This document shows positions 1 to 13,400 of a DNA stretch of 64,000 nucleotides, piece after piece. The stretch comes from Macrostomum hystrix (Eukaryota > Animalia > Platyhelminthes), in the NCBI GenBank assembly GCA_950097015.1, contig CATNEN010000039.1:5642001-5706000 (forward strand), read 5' to 3'. Position 1 is the first letter of the stretch, and every line of letters starts with the position of its first letter. The position numbers and the translations under genes are program-made. A model generated the notes under the pieces. It was not told the origin of the DNA. It ran no database searches and worked only from the letters and a program-made list of their open reading frames with translations.

Positions 1-495
1 ATTCTCCTAACACCCGAGAGCCTCTCCTGACACCCGAGAGCCTCTCCTGACACCCGAGAGCCTCTCCTGACACCCGAGAGCCTCTCCTTACTCTCGAGAG
101 CCTCTCCTGACACCCGAGAGCATCTCCTGACACCCGAGAGCCTCTACTTACTCTCGAGAGCCTCTCCTGACACCCGAGAGCCTCTCCTTACTCTCGAGAG
201 CCTCTCCTGACACCCGAGAGCCTCTCCTTACTCTCGAGAGCCTCTCCTGACACCCGAGAGCCTCTCCTGACACCCGAGAGCCTCTGCTGACACCCGAGAG
301 CATCTCCTGACACCCGAGAGCCTCTCCTGACACCGGAGAGCATCTCCTGACACCCGAGAGCCTCTCCTGACACCCGAGAGCCTCTCCTGACACCCGAGAG
401 TCTCTCCTGACACCCGAGAGCCTCTCCTGACACCCGAGACCCTCTCCTGACACCGGAGAGCCTCTCCTGACACCCGAGAGCCTCTCCTGACACTC
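1..495. repeat. 20-bp minisatellite (CACCCGAGAGCCTCTCCTGA), about 24 copies, cut by window start
   Basis: Directly visible 20-nt periodicity with minor variants (e.g. CTTACTCTCGAG). Confidence 0.97.
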
Positions 496-1039
496 AAAAA
501 ACCTCATGACACCCAAGAGTATTTTATAGTAGCCAGTGGACTGTAATTGTAGTTTAACATTAACTGAATAGGGAGGATCGCCTGCTCGCTTGTAATGATG
601 CCCAGAGTCCCTGAATACATTGTTTTTACCATCTGGTTTTTCGCAGCATCTATTTAACTGACGCTTTATCTGTTCGTACAGGCTATTACATTAATTCTCA
701 CTGTATATTTATATAGGAGAATAATTTCTAGCATTAATGTTAAAAAGAACACATATTTCTAGTATAAATATTTCTACTTTATATTCAATACACAAAAACA
801 AAATTATTTTACAAAAAAACATTGTTTGCATCTGTTCCTTTGTGCAGCAGTTTAAAGTGCCAAGATCAAGTGCGAGAAATCGCTTTCAGCAGCAGCTCGT
901 TTCTGAAAGTATTGGTTATTAAGCTTAAAATAATATTAGCTAGGTCTATAATAATAATTGGGAATTAGGCTAGACGTTTCAGAAATTCATGGCTGTCAGA
1001 AATAAGCTGGGAAAGGCCGCAAGGTGAAATGGGTATCGG

Positions 1040-1115
1040 GTAGGGGTTTTCTTGAAACAGCGATTGTCTCTCGCAACTAAATCCCTGAGCTCGATTCCGC
1101 AGCGAGGCCACAATG
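1040..1115 (+). mobile_element. Partial SINE head, same family as 8657, 44204 and 46209
   Basis: CTCTCGCAACTAAATCCCTGAGCTCGATTCCGCAGCGAGGCCACA resembles the B-box region of the other copies. Boundaries approximate. Confidence 0.55.
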
Positions 1116-2775
1116 GCATGCATATATAAGGCTGTAGCGAGTTGAGCCACGTAAGGTTTATTTGGAAGAAGCAGGGTACGGCCCGCGAGACAAAGGTCTT
1201 AATTTGTCTTTGAAACTATCTATATAAGCTGCAATCCGACAGGTTAAAACAAAGACTGAATCTTACAAATCAGCGACCATTTTGCAGCTGCGGTCTTGTG
1301 CAACGTATAAGTCGTTTTGATCTGTCGGGGCAGTCTTGACGTAAATGCGGTAGTAGTACACAAGATCAACTTGCTCGTCCGTGCAGCCGAACAGAACCCT
1401 ATTGAGGTGGTAGACGGTTCCCGCCACGACTATCAACTCCAAGTTGAGCAGGAGGCATAGGTAGAAAAAAAGCTCGGCGTACAAAAGGAAATCATTAGGT
1501 AGAAAGTTGAGCATGTTTCGCTTCCGGTAGAAGTTCGCGCCAAGTTTGACAGCGGAGAATGTCGCAACGAGACGTGTTGATAGGCAATTTGAATAAACGA
1601 TGTGAAGTATGTCTTACTGTGGCTTTTTATAGCTAGCTTTGCTATTTTAGTTCTAGACAAGGACATAGACAGAGGAAGACGTTTTATGAACTAATTTCAG
1701 ATTTTTTTGATTTAAGGAATTTATAGATTTATCCTTCCGGGCGCGGCTGGTTGGCATAGGAACGGGTAGGGAAGCGTCCTTCGCACATGCAACTAGAAAT
1801 TGCGAGCCGGACAAAGCCGCTGCGAAAAAGTCACCTGGCAAAAGGCATCTGGCAAGTCACCTGGAAAAAGTCACCGGGCAGCGGACACTAAAGATCCTTC
1901 AATACCAACAGGTATAAACATAACGTGCATATTGTATACTTTTGTATTGGAACTGAATATGCCAATTCATCTCATTTCACTCAGTCAGTCGAAGCATCTT
2001 TTCAGTTTTTTCTCAGCCGAAGATTGTGCAACAGGTTTTTTATTTACCATTTTAAACTTAAGCTGCATTTTATCTGTACAGGGTGAGCGTCAAATTGAGA
2101 ACCTCGCTTGTCTTCAGCGACGAGTTCACTCCACGGCCTGTCGAGCCATTTTGGTGACCCATGACGCTTGCGCAAAGGTGTTTACGCAGCTCTGACACTC
2201 GTTCTGAGTCGCTCCTGTAATTTTTCGGCATTCCACCGGAACCGAAAATGTAGCTACTGGCTCTACCGAATCCTCATGGCTAACTCTTACACATAGACTA
2301 CTTAGAGTACCAAGTAGTAGTGTCAACAGTCTCTGCTCCCGGATTTTCAAAGCGCCGTCAGAACTAGCGAGAATGGCTATGCAACTAATGCAATTCTGTC
2401 CACATTAAATGCTTGATGCTTGTTCAAAATGACTGTCCTGTCGGCACTGCTTTGCTCCCATTCGCACCAGGTGCCAGGAATTTCGATTTACTCGAATCGG
2501 GACAAACCAACTAACCAACCATTCAGCACTTGTCCATTCGGTTCTCAATCGTGAAAACCTCAGACCATTCTCGTCTTATGTAGCAAACCTTGGAAACCTG
2601 GAATCATGTAACCATTTACTATGTAGATCAGAGTGTGACAAGTCGGCGGATTATCGAATATTTGCTGTACAGCCTGTCAAGTTGGAGCTTTGCCGGCATA
2701 AAGAATGTATTTATTAATGACGCAACATTTATGAGTACTAAATTATTGCACGCTAATAACGCTACTGTCGTCCAG

Positions 2776-4713
2776 CTACACATTGTTGCGTCTTGGTGAC
2801 AGCATCGGCTCGATGAGGTAGCAATCGGTGATGGTGCAGCAGCTGCAGGCCGAGTTCGGTAGCACCAGCGGGGTGCTTGACTCCCAAGTGCCGTCAGGTT
2901 TGCAGGCCTCCACTGAGCGCACTGTGGTCCGAGTCTCATCCGACCAGCCCCCGATGGCGTACAGGCTATTGTGCAGCACGGCCGAGCAGAAGTTGCTACG
3001 CTGAGTGATCATAGGGGCCACCTCCGTCCAGGTGTTTGCCTTTGGATCGTAGCGTTCGACTGAGGCCAGCCTGTGGGCACCATTGTTGCCACCCATTGCG
3101 TAGATGCACTTGTTGAACGCGCACACCTGCGTAGCAAAAACAATCGTTTGCGAGTCTATTTATGAAGTTCGTTTGTGCGCTTGCGTTTCGCACAATTCGA
3201 CGCAGTAACTCACAGAAAGTCCAGACCTTCCGGTTGACATCGGCACAAGAACAGTCCACTGATCAGTAGCTGGATTGTACTGCTCCGAGGTGGCCAGGAA
3301 TCTCGAGCCACTGAAGCCACCGCAAATGTATACGAGACCACCGAGGGAGGCTGCGCATGCGTCACTTCTAACATTGTGCATTGATGCCACAGGCTTCCAA
3401 CGATTGACCTGCGGGTCGTAGGCCTCTGCAGTAGCCAGTCGGAGCTGGCCATTGTGACCACCCATTGCGTAGAGCCGGTCCCCACAACGGCAGGCGCTGA
3501 CGAAATTGCGCTGCTCGTGCATCGCTGCGCGCTCCCGCCAGACACGCTGGCGCAACGAGAATGCGCTGACGCGCGCCGTAGGACCCTGCGACTCCCCCGA
3601 TGCGTCATCGTCTATCTTTGGTTGCACAAAGCCGCCAATGAGATACACAACATTTTCCATCTCAACGCAGGCAGAATATGCATGCCGGGTGTCCATGGAC
3701 GGCAGGTAGGTGGCGTGGCGAGTCCATGAGCAAGCTATAGGATCGAATAGTTGAACAGTGGTAGATGGTGCAATCGCGGGATCTTGCAGGCTGCCTTCCC
3801 AGCCGCCGCAAAGAAAGATGGCCTGATGCGGTAGTCGGGGCACGAGCATCTCACGAAGTATTGGCGGATCGCTGGCCTGCATAGCCAGGTAGTGCTCTCG
3901 ACTTACCGCGGCAGCGGTAGCCAAGCTCGTGATGGAGTTGGTCTCTGCGAATGTCTTGCGAGCCAGATAATGCGCGGAGATTTTGTCAACATCGGTCTGT
4001 GTTAGAAGGCCCAACCGCAGCAGTCTTAGTAGGTCCGGGAAGTGCTTCAACCGCGAGTTCTCATCCGCTTCCACCCAGTGACAAATGATATCGAACAGTT
4101 GAAACTCATTCGGCGCATTTAAATAGTCGCTCTGCAATATTTCCCGCATCTGCTGATAGCTCGCGCATCTGGTGAAGCTCGGTCGCTCGGCCGCCTGGAA
4201 GAAGTTGCACCGAGCGTACTCGAGTGCGATGAATTCCAGCAGGCTGCAGCTAGACCTCAGATCCGTCGCAACCTGCATCACCTCCCAGCAGGAGTCGGGC
4301 GTCAGGCCGCGCTTCGCGGAGCTCAAGATGGCGTCGACCAACCGCGGCACACCAAAGATCTGTGCCGCCCGCAGTCGGGACCCCAGGATGTCTGGGTTCA
4401 AGAGCTTCGTTGTCTCGGTCAACAGATCTTGTTTCCAGTTTTCTGGAGTGCTTGCAAATTTCATAATATAACCAAGAATGTCTTTCACAGCATCTTCGTC
4501 TGGATAGCTGATGTGAGTAACCCTTGATAATGAGCTGCTCCGGGCCTCCGCATGGGCCAGGTGATCTTTGAAAGCCTTGTAAAAGTAGCTGGAGTTGCTG
4601 GCCAATGCAGTGCTGTTCACCTGGAAGGCTCGTGCATTATTGACAACGATGGTCCAGTCAGCCAGATGCTCGTCCTTGGCACCCTCGAATCTTGTTGGGG
4701 AAGGAATGAGCAT
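2776..4713 (-). CDS. KLHL10: Kelch-like protein (BTB-BACK-Kelch), KLHL10-like; 2 exons 4713-3214 and 3126-2776, about 616 aa
   Basis: BTB/BACK segment (LASNSSYFYKAF; LQSDYLNAPNEFQLFDIICHWV) plus Kelch GG-Y-W repeats. PRLPHQAIFLCGGW, RSDACA..VYICGGF and RSNF resemble KLHL10. A phase-0 intron (GTGAGT...CAG, 3213-3127) joins the two ORFs. Family is secure; orthology is inferred. Confidence 0.85.
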
Positions 4714-5046
4714 AGCTTGAATTTATGTGTACATGTCTGTTCAGGAAGAAAAGCTGATATACTTTTTATAATTTCCCGTTAGATTCAAGCTAAATAAACT
4801 TTGCTTCCAAGTCAGTGCGGCATATAGTTTATGGCAAACCGTTCTTTTCGAAAAATCGAATAAAGAACGTGATTCGTGAGCGCAAACTCGTTTGTCTAAG
4901 GCTAAAAGCACTCGCGCTCTTCGCATTATCAATCCAGAATCCTTTCCAATGCACTTCGGGTTTAACAGTGGGACCACAAGGCCATTTTGCTGCCAATTTT
5001 ATACCAAGGGGGGAGAAAAACTCTTCCCTGAAATTTGTGGTCTACT

Positions 5047-5284
5047 CCCGATTCGCCGATTCCCGATTCGCCGATTCCCGATTCGCCGATTCCCGATTCG
5101 CCGATTCCCGATTCGCCGATTCCCGATTCGCCGACTCCCGATTCGCCGACTCCCGATTCGCCGATTCCCGATTCGCCGATTCCCGATTCGCCGATTCCCG
5201 ATTCGCCGATTCCCGATTCGCCGATTCCCGATTCGCCGATTCCCGATTCGCCGATTCCCGATTCGCCGATTCCCGATTCGCCGA
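5047..5284. repeat. 15-bp minisatellite (CCCGATTCGCCGATT), about 16 copies
   Basis: Visible periodicity; source of the spurious SRFAD/PDSPI ORFs. Confidence 0.97.
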
Positions 5285-5297
5285 AGTCCGGACTCGA

Positions 5298-6334
5298 CGA
5301 ATTCCTTATTCGCTTGATTCTTAAGTACATTGAATCCATGATAAAGCGCACTCTCGTTTAAAAATATCGATGCAAATTAATTTAGCACGCAGACGCCAGG
5401 CGTGTTGCCGATAGGGGCCTTTTATCAAAACCGTTATAATTGAAAGAGTAGTGCATGGCAACCAAAATTATTAGCAGAACTAGAATAACACAAGTTTCGA
5501 AACAGCTCACCAGTCGACCCGGACGATCAGCGCACGCAAGACAGGTGCTGCACGTGGGCACTGTTACCGCCCCGGCACTTGCCCTGCCCAACGGAGATGA
5601 CATCGCTGTGTACGAGGACTTCCGCTACCTCGGGTCGCTGTCAATGAGCCCGGACACCATCGTCTCCGACAGGAGGAATCAGGCCTGGCACGCGGCGCAC
5701 CTACTCAAGAACGTCTTCAATTCTGCTGCGAGGGACGTCCTGAAGGTGCGCCTCTTCAGCGCGACCGTGGAACCTATCCTCCTGTACAGCTTGGAAGCGG
5801 TGCCAATGACCGACACGCGAGAGCGGGCCCTGGATGAGCTGAACAGGTCCCTGCTGCGCTACGCCCTGGGCGTGCACTACCCGGAGAGGCTGCTGTCCAG
5901 AGACCTGATGGCCCGCGCTGGCGTTCCGGACCTGAGCGTCACCCTGCGCCGGAGCCGCCAGATGCTGCTGGGCCACTGCCTGCGGATTTGCCTGCCGAGT
6001 CACGGCTGCGGTGCCCAAATCCCGGTTGCGCTGACCGTCCTGCACCAGCCGACCGAGCGAAAGCGCCGTGGTCAAGGGTGTACTGTTACCCTGACTGACT
6101 GTTTCGTGGCTGACCTGCAGGCGCTGGGACTCAGCCCCCCAGTCCACAGCTGCCTGCTACTCCCGTCTTTTCCGCGAGCGCGCGTACGCAAGGGCTCCTT
6201 AGCCTTCTGTGTCCCTCTATCTATCTAATGTATAACGTATAAGGTTGGCCTACATAGAGAGTATATTTGTGAGATGTCTTGGAAAACGTCCATTGGCTTT
6301 CAATTAGCTCAGAATCAAGCGAATAAGGAATTCG
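5298..6334. mobile_element. Putative non-autonomous inverted-repeat (MITE-like) element
   Basis: Perfect 24-bp inverted repeat: CGAATTCCTTATTCGCTTGATTCT (5298-5321) and AGAATCAAGCGAATAAGGAATTCG (6311-6334). True termini and TSD not identified. Confidence 0.55.
5455..6228 (+). mobile_element. 5'-truncated non-LTR retrotransposon (RTE-like) ORF2 C-terminal fragment
   Basis: FRYLGS thumb motif, KVRLFSATVEPILLYSLEA, LRRSRQMLLGH; short (CTAT)n tail. No YADD motif present. Confidence 0.8.
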
Positions 6335-7431
6335 GCGAATTCGTTGGGTGGTGACTGATTGGTTGACAGACTAGGCGATGGTGTCCTAATACTTCTATTT
6401 AGGCTTGATCAGTGAAATCGGAGAAATTTAAGTCAGGGTGTCCATAGTGGCCGAGTTCCACCTGTTGTAGCCCTTGAAGGTCTAGCAGTCCGTCTAGATA
6501 AAGGCAGGTGACCAACGAAGTCGGAAATGTTGCATGCACATTCGGATGGCATGCAGATAAATTTTGAAGGCTAATTTGTGTATAGCGGTGTATATAGCGT
6601 AGAAGATGCGCAACAAAAATTTGGACCGTGTTCTTGAGTTTCGTGTGCTTGTGTTCCTTAGCTCGTAAGCTCGTAATGAATCTTAGCTCGTAATATATAG
6701 TTCTACTGCTAATTTTATTCTTATTATACGAAAATTACGAGTAAAAGTTCTTCCCTGATCTGTGTCAGCTTGAAAGCGTCAATTGAAAGGTCTCATTCTT
6801 TGAATGAGACAAAAATCGTGACACAGTTTTTAAACTATTTGAATAATTCATTACATCATGATTTGATGGACTTGAGGCTCTTTCAATTATATTTTATTTA
6901 AAGTTTGCTAATTGAAGATTGCTAGGGGCATTGGACCGCTGTTGCCAGTGCAGAGAAGATGCAGACAAGTCGCCAAGATCGCCAACTGAATCTGTTCCGG
7001 TAGCCACTACGCATTGGACCTGGCCAGACAAAGTGTAAATCGTGGGAAAGTAAATGAGTCATCGCCGCGTCTTTGCCATGTGAGCATATGCTCTAAAAGG
7101 TATTTCACCTTGCTAGGCCTCCTAAAACTCACTATTGCGAGGCTGTGTCGTTGGCAAGAAATTTCCGCGGCCGGCTCACTTGGGACCGGAGACCACGGGA
7201 TCGGCTAAATAATTAAGTAGCCACCAATCCCATCATAGAAGAATCTTAAGTTCCCGGACAGAGGATTCCAAATTAATAAATAATTTATTAACCTGCCCTC
7301 CGGTCCCCAAACTAAAATAGGGACAAGGCTTCCATAAAGTGGCTCACGGTGGTATGAGACGAGGAGCAGCAGTAGAGAGCGACATCCAGAAGAATCCCAG
7401 AAGTTACAGCACGTACTAGAGCTAACGAAGC

Positions 7432-10400
7432 ATGCAGCGTCACCTGCTGCACCTGCTGGCAGTTCTGATGCTGTCGCCAGTCATCGGCGTCACTGCGCTG
7501 GTGCCACCGAACTTTGATCCGCTGGAGAGAAAACCTATTACGACGAGTCCAGAGGCCGCAACATGTGGCTCGCCAACAGTCACGCCCTGGTGCATGACGC
7601 CCAACAGAGAGTTTATGAATTGCATGCTGGTTAGTGACCGCGTCGTGCGCAGAAATTCTTTTCCTTTATAAACTTAAACTTGAAGTGTACTTTCTTTCAA
7701 CAACAAAAGCCTGAGCAGACCCTGCAAGGTGAGCAGCAGGACGTCCTGAACAGGCTCTGGACAGTAGCTCTCGGCGAGGATCACGTAGCCGAGATCCAGT
7801 TAAAGCCAGTTGTCAGTTGAAGCCGCCGCAGGCGCAGAACGGGCGTTGCAGCTGGGCACTCTCGTTCAGGGCTTCGTTGGCAAAGTGAACTATTCAGAAC
7901 AGGACATTTGGGAAAATGCTTTTGAAAATTAAAGTTCAGGAAAGTGAAAATTTCCGAAAGACACGTTCACGCTGCCCTCATATGGCTCGTTTTTGTGTAC
8001 AGAATTTGTATGATTTTCCAATACGAGGTCAACTGACATACAAAAGAATGTACAATCAAATTTTTGGCCTCACTTGATGGCAGCACCCTAACACGCACTG
8101 GTTCTTGTTAGGGTGTTCTGAATGCGTTAGCGCGAATGAGGAAAATTTGATTGTATATTTCGATACTTTGGAGAGGCCTCAGAATGATTTTTGTTTCAAA
8201 AAGTGCGTGGCTAAAAATTAGTTGTGCCCGCGTTGGTCCGTTCTTGCGAGGGAAAATATTGTCACGGTAGGGGAAATCCCCTCCGCTGTCAACTCATTTC
8301 CATCCCTGTACATCCGCCATCCACCGGCAGGTGCTCTACTGCAATGCTACCTGCCCTAACGGAGACAAACCGCCAACACCGGTGCCGCTGCTGGAAGGCA
8401 GAGCCAGCGCCACCTGCGTGTATGATGACAGCATCAATATTGCGCCCACCGGCCAGTCTGCCTGGAGCAAGAACTTTGCCAGTACGCCTTGCTTCATCAC
8501 CAACTCAGACAAGCGCATTGTGCCAAACAACGCCCAGTTCACCATCATGTTTTGGTTTCGGCTTAACACTGGATTTCAGAATGGGTTGGTATCCGTGTTT
8601 TTAAACAATGTACAATCATAAAATTCAAAAGAGTCAACGCTGTAAGCTTCTGATCAGGGGGTGAGTGGCAGAGCGGTCTAACGTATTTGCCTCTCGCGCT
8701 AATGTCCCTGAGCTTGATTCATGCGGCGAGGCCACATTCATTCGGGGCGCAGCCGCGGAGAGACCAAGGCACAGTGAAAGTGTACACTGCCTGATATAGA
8801 GAAAGTCGGGGCTGATTTACACACCTGTGTGAGCGTATGCCTGCGTACGGTATCCGTGTGCGAGTGTGCTCAGGAGTAAGCGAAATGGGGAAGTGAGCGA
8901 AGTGTCACCATATGATGTGCCATTACATGGTAGCAGCCCTCCTGCAATTATTATTTTTATTAAGCTAATCAGCTAAAAACCTCTGTGCTTAGGCAGCAAT
9001 CCAAATCTCTGTATTCTATTCCCTGGAAGCTGTGTCATAAATGATGTTGATATCGAAATTAAGGACACTCGATAGTGCTCTAGCTTCTGGTGCTTAGTCT
9101 ACTAAAAAATACTAATGTACGCTCGTAAAACGTTCGTTTATCGAAAGTCGCTTTATGTAAGCTCAGCGATGTTTCTAAAGCATCTCATAAGCACCGCTTA
9201 ACAATATCCGCCTTAAACTCAGAACGATTCTGCACAAGAAGGCCCCCGATGGCAGCGTGGAGTTTGCTCTAGGCCTCTCTATCTCCGGCCTGGAAATCAA
9301 GTACCGGTCAAGTTCACGGCTTGAATCACTGTCCCACAGCGATAGTTACGCCTACAACCGCTGGTACCACGTGGCCATACAGGTCTACCGAACAGACTGG
9401 AGTATATTTCTCAATGGACTCGGCCCACAGATGGGCGCACTCACGAGCTACCGGCGGGCAGCTGCCGCGCCAACACTTGCTGGCGATTTGTTTGTTGGCC
9501 AGGAGTGTTGTGGTAAGCTGAGGGGCACATTGGGAAGCGGAGCCTCTAGCCAGTCGTTTAGCTGGTAATTTTCTTGCTAAATATTCGAATGGTTTATAAA
9601 TTTGCGCCTCTGTATGTTTTAGGCTACTCGAACTTCATCGGTCGGTTGCAGGATCTGTACATCTTTCCCAGGGTTGTTGTGAACCGGGACATACAATGGT
9701 TCTACAATCGCTCATTTCCTTACATTCACGTCCAGTCGGAGTGTCGCTGTCCGGAGGAGATGCCGATGCCTGTGCTAACTACTCAGGCGCAGACAAGCTG
9801 CAAGAGCAACATCGACTTGGACAGTACAAGTGAGCATAGTTCTGTTACTTGGTTGAGGGCCGGATTTGAGCTGCATCAGTTTCAGTGGAAAAGGCTTTCG
9901 GGCCTGCAAATGTGTGATACTCTTGTATATGTTGCGGGGATGCAATAGGCCTGACAGATGGGCTTCCTGCTCGCTGTGAGTAGGGAGTAGGCCGGTGACG
10001 TTGCATCAGTGTGCTCAGCTTCTTCAAAATGCACTTACAATAAAGAATGGTCAACATTTTATGTGTTTCAGGTACAAGACGAATCAACAGTGACAGCCAT
10101 CCACTACAGTTTGTGAACGACAAAGACGCGACCACTTTCTGGGTGTCGCAGATGATGGATTCAGTGAAGGTGGACATCGACCTTGGCGATACCTACGCTT
10201 TTCGGTTTCTGAAAATCAATTACTACGGCCTGCTACCCAGGCGTACCTGGATCATGCGCAGCTTGGACGCCACTGGGGATCGATGGGATCAGTGGCAGCG
10301 ATACGCCAACGACTGCGTCATCGACTTTGGCGAACCAAATAACGCTCCTTTATTGTCATTTAACGATACCAACTGTCAAAAGTACTCCGAGGAAGAGCAG

Positions 10401-13400
10401 ATTGGGCAGTACGTCAAGTCTTTCACCTTACTATCCAACGGCCAGAACGCCAGGCCAGGAGTTGACGATCCGTTCAGCTCGGCGACTCTGTCCTTCATTT
10501 CGGCCCGACGGATTCGGATTGAGTTGCAGGGGCATCTGCTGGCCGTTCATGCTATGCAGCAGTATTTTGGAATCTTTCAGTTAAGCGGAGACGCGAGCTG
10601 CAACTGCTACGGCCATGCTTCCACTTGTAATGTATCCGAGAGTGGTCAGTACGTTTGCAACTGTGCACCAGAGCGGTTCACAATGGGCCGGTTGGTAAGT
10701 GTGCACAATTTAAAATTACAAGCGTGCGCGAGTTGTCTCTGAGAAAAGAAATTTTAGTGGATCACTTTCGTTGTTGAATATTTCCTTTACGATTATTGAG
10801 CGCATTTATAAATAAGTATAATTAACTCGTAGGTGTAAAACATTTCTATACTTGCAGTGCAGCAGCTGTCAACCTCTGTACAACGACAAGCCCTTCAGAG
10901 CTGGTGATATTCCTTGTGTAAAGTGCAACTGCAACAATCACGCCGACTCATGCTACTACGACGCCAGACTCGATATGAACCCGAACAATCGCAGTGCACC
11001 TGGCGGCGGAGTCTGCGTTAATTGCACAGACTTGACCACTGGCGTAGCCTGCGACCAGTGCGTGACTGGCCACTACATCCTGCCCGGCAAGAACATTAGC
11101 GACCCCCTGCCGTGCGCTCCCTGCAACTGCAACCCCACGGGTACAGTGAACGCCAGCCAGAACTGCAGCATGTATGGCGGCCAGTGTCCATGCAAAGAGT
11201 TTGTAACTGGGCGTCGGTGCGATCAGTGCATCGCAGGGTTCTACAACCTGAGCGCTGAAAATCCAAGTGGCTGCACAAACTGCAGCTGTGACACTCGAGG
11301 CTCATTGTCGATTCAATGTGGCCAAGTCACAGGGCAGTGTCCGTGCAAGCGTTCAGTTACGGGCATGAGGTGCGGCAGCTGCATCAAAGGTAATTTCGGC
11401 CTAAACGCCTCGAACCCGGATGGATGTGCACCCTGCAACTGCAATCCGGACGGAGCGCTGAGCTCCGAATGCAATCCGTCATCGGGCAGCTGCGAGTGCC
11501 GTGACAACATCGAAGGCAGACAATGCGACCGATGCGTTGCAATGTTTTATAGCTTTGTCGATAGATGCAAACCCTGTCTGTGCCTCATGGATACCAGCAC
11601 GAGTCCCAACTGCAATGCAACCACTGGCCAATGCCCCTGCAAATCGGCAGTTACTGGCCGCGTGTGTGAGACATGCAAGTCTGGCTTCTACGGTCGGGGA
11701 CTGGACCCTGTCGCTGGCTGCCGGCCCTGCATTTGCAATCCGGCGGGCACTGTTAATAACACGGTGTGCAATGCGCTGACTGGCGAGTGCTCCTGCAAGA
11801 CAGGCACCTTTGGCATGGATTGCGGCAAGTGCCACGGAGACATGTGGAACATCAGCATTAGCAATCCTGACGGTTGTCAGCCCTGCAATTGTGATCCAAC
11901 GGGCACAGTATTCACTACAAGTGATCCTAATGAGAAGCTCACCTGCGATCAGAACATTGGCACTTGCAATTGTCTACCGAATCGCATTGGTAGAATGTGT
12001 GACGACTGCAAGCCACAGTACTACAAAAGCACCGCACGCTCTGGTGGCTGCTTGGCCTGCCAGTGCCATCCAACTGGCAGCGTCCCAGGAACCACGTGTG
12101 ACACCACCACTGCCAAGTGTCAGTGCAGAACCGATGTCGGAGTGACAGGTGATCTCTGCACGTCCTGCTTGCCAGGCTTTTTCAACTTCGACACAGTCAA
12201 TGGAAGGTGTACGCCATGCAACTGCAATCAAGCCGGTAGCAGAGGCACAAACTGTTTAAGCACTGGCCAGTGTACTTGCAAAGCCAATGTCCAGGGTGTC
12301 AAGTGCGACCAATGCAAACCTGGCACCAGTGACTTGAACATTGACAACAGTTTCGGATGCAGTTCGGCACCATCGCAACAGAAGCCTCCGTATCTATTGA
12401 ATCTGGGAACAAGCTTCCTGAAGTTTGCCTGGGACCCACCCGAACAGCCTAACGGAGACCTCTTGGGCTATGAAGTCTATAGAAACGAGACTGCATTGAT
12501 AGCGACTCTCAATGCTACAGGTAATTATTAGTCCGTTGATTCAAGTGGAATGATTAAGTAAGTAAAATAGCTACCTAAAAGCAACAGAATACAAAAATTA
12601 CCTATAAACATTAAGCTCTCGTTAATCTCACTGCTAGAGAGTGAACGTACCCGCCCGAATTCTCCTGATTTAGAGCGTGTCGCAGAAGACACTGGACTGG
12701 AGCCCTTCACCGATTACACCTACACTATCGTTGTTTTCAATGCCATGGGTAACTCTTCCAGCCGTCCGACTACTTTTCGCACTCTACAAAAGAAGCCAGA
12801 AGGCGCGATAACCTTCAATGCTACGGCTGTTACTGCCAGAAGCATGTTGATTTCCTGGATGGGCCCGACACAAGCGAATGGGCCTATTAACAACTATTCC
12901 GTGTTCTCGCTAAATAATGCCGATATGATCAACCCCTTCCTGCACTACACCGGCCCGGGAACTGTTCAATCGCAGAGGCTTGTCAATGTGCTCCCATTCA
13001 CCAACTACACATTTTATATAACAGCCTGCAATAACGGCGGCTGCGTCAATAGTCAGGGCAAGGTGGTCCACACGGCGGCTGCGGCCGCGGAAGGCGTCTC
13101 ACCGCCCAATGTAGTCAACGTTTACAAGACTAGCCTGAACCTGACCTGGACGTTTCCAACGCGGCCAAATGGAATAATCAGCTACTGCGAAATCTGGATG
13201 AAGTCAGAAGCTCTTGGAGTGCCCGAACAAATGGTGTATTCCACAAGTGGCTATTATGACCCGCGACCAACGCTGCGACCCCTGGTGCAATACAGTTCAC
13301 CGCCGCAAACGCAAGCTGTGATCTCTGGCTTGCAGCCATTCCAGCGGTATGCTTTCCAGTTGGTGGTCGAAAACAGCTTCGGGAGAGTCGGCAGCGCATG

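Noticed and set aside
8657-8740. tRNA gene
   Set aside because: A/B-box-like motifs only, with no cloverleaf; followed by a shared body and simple-repeat tail, so a SINE.
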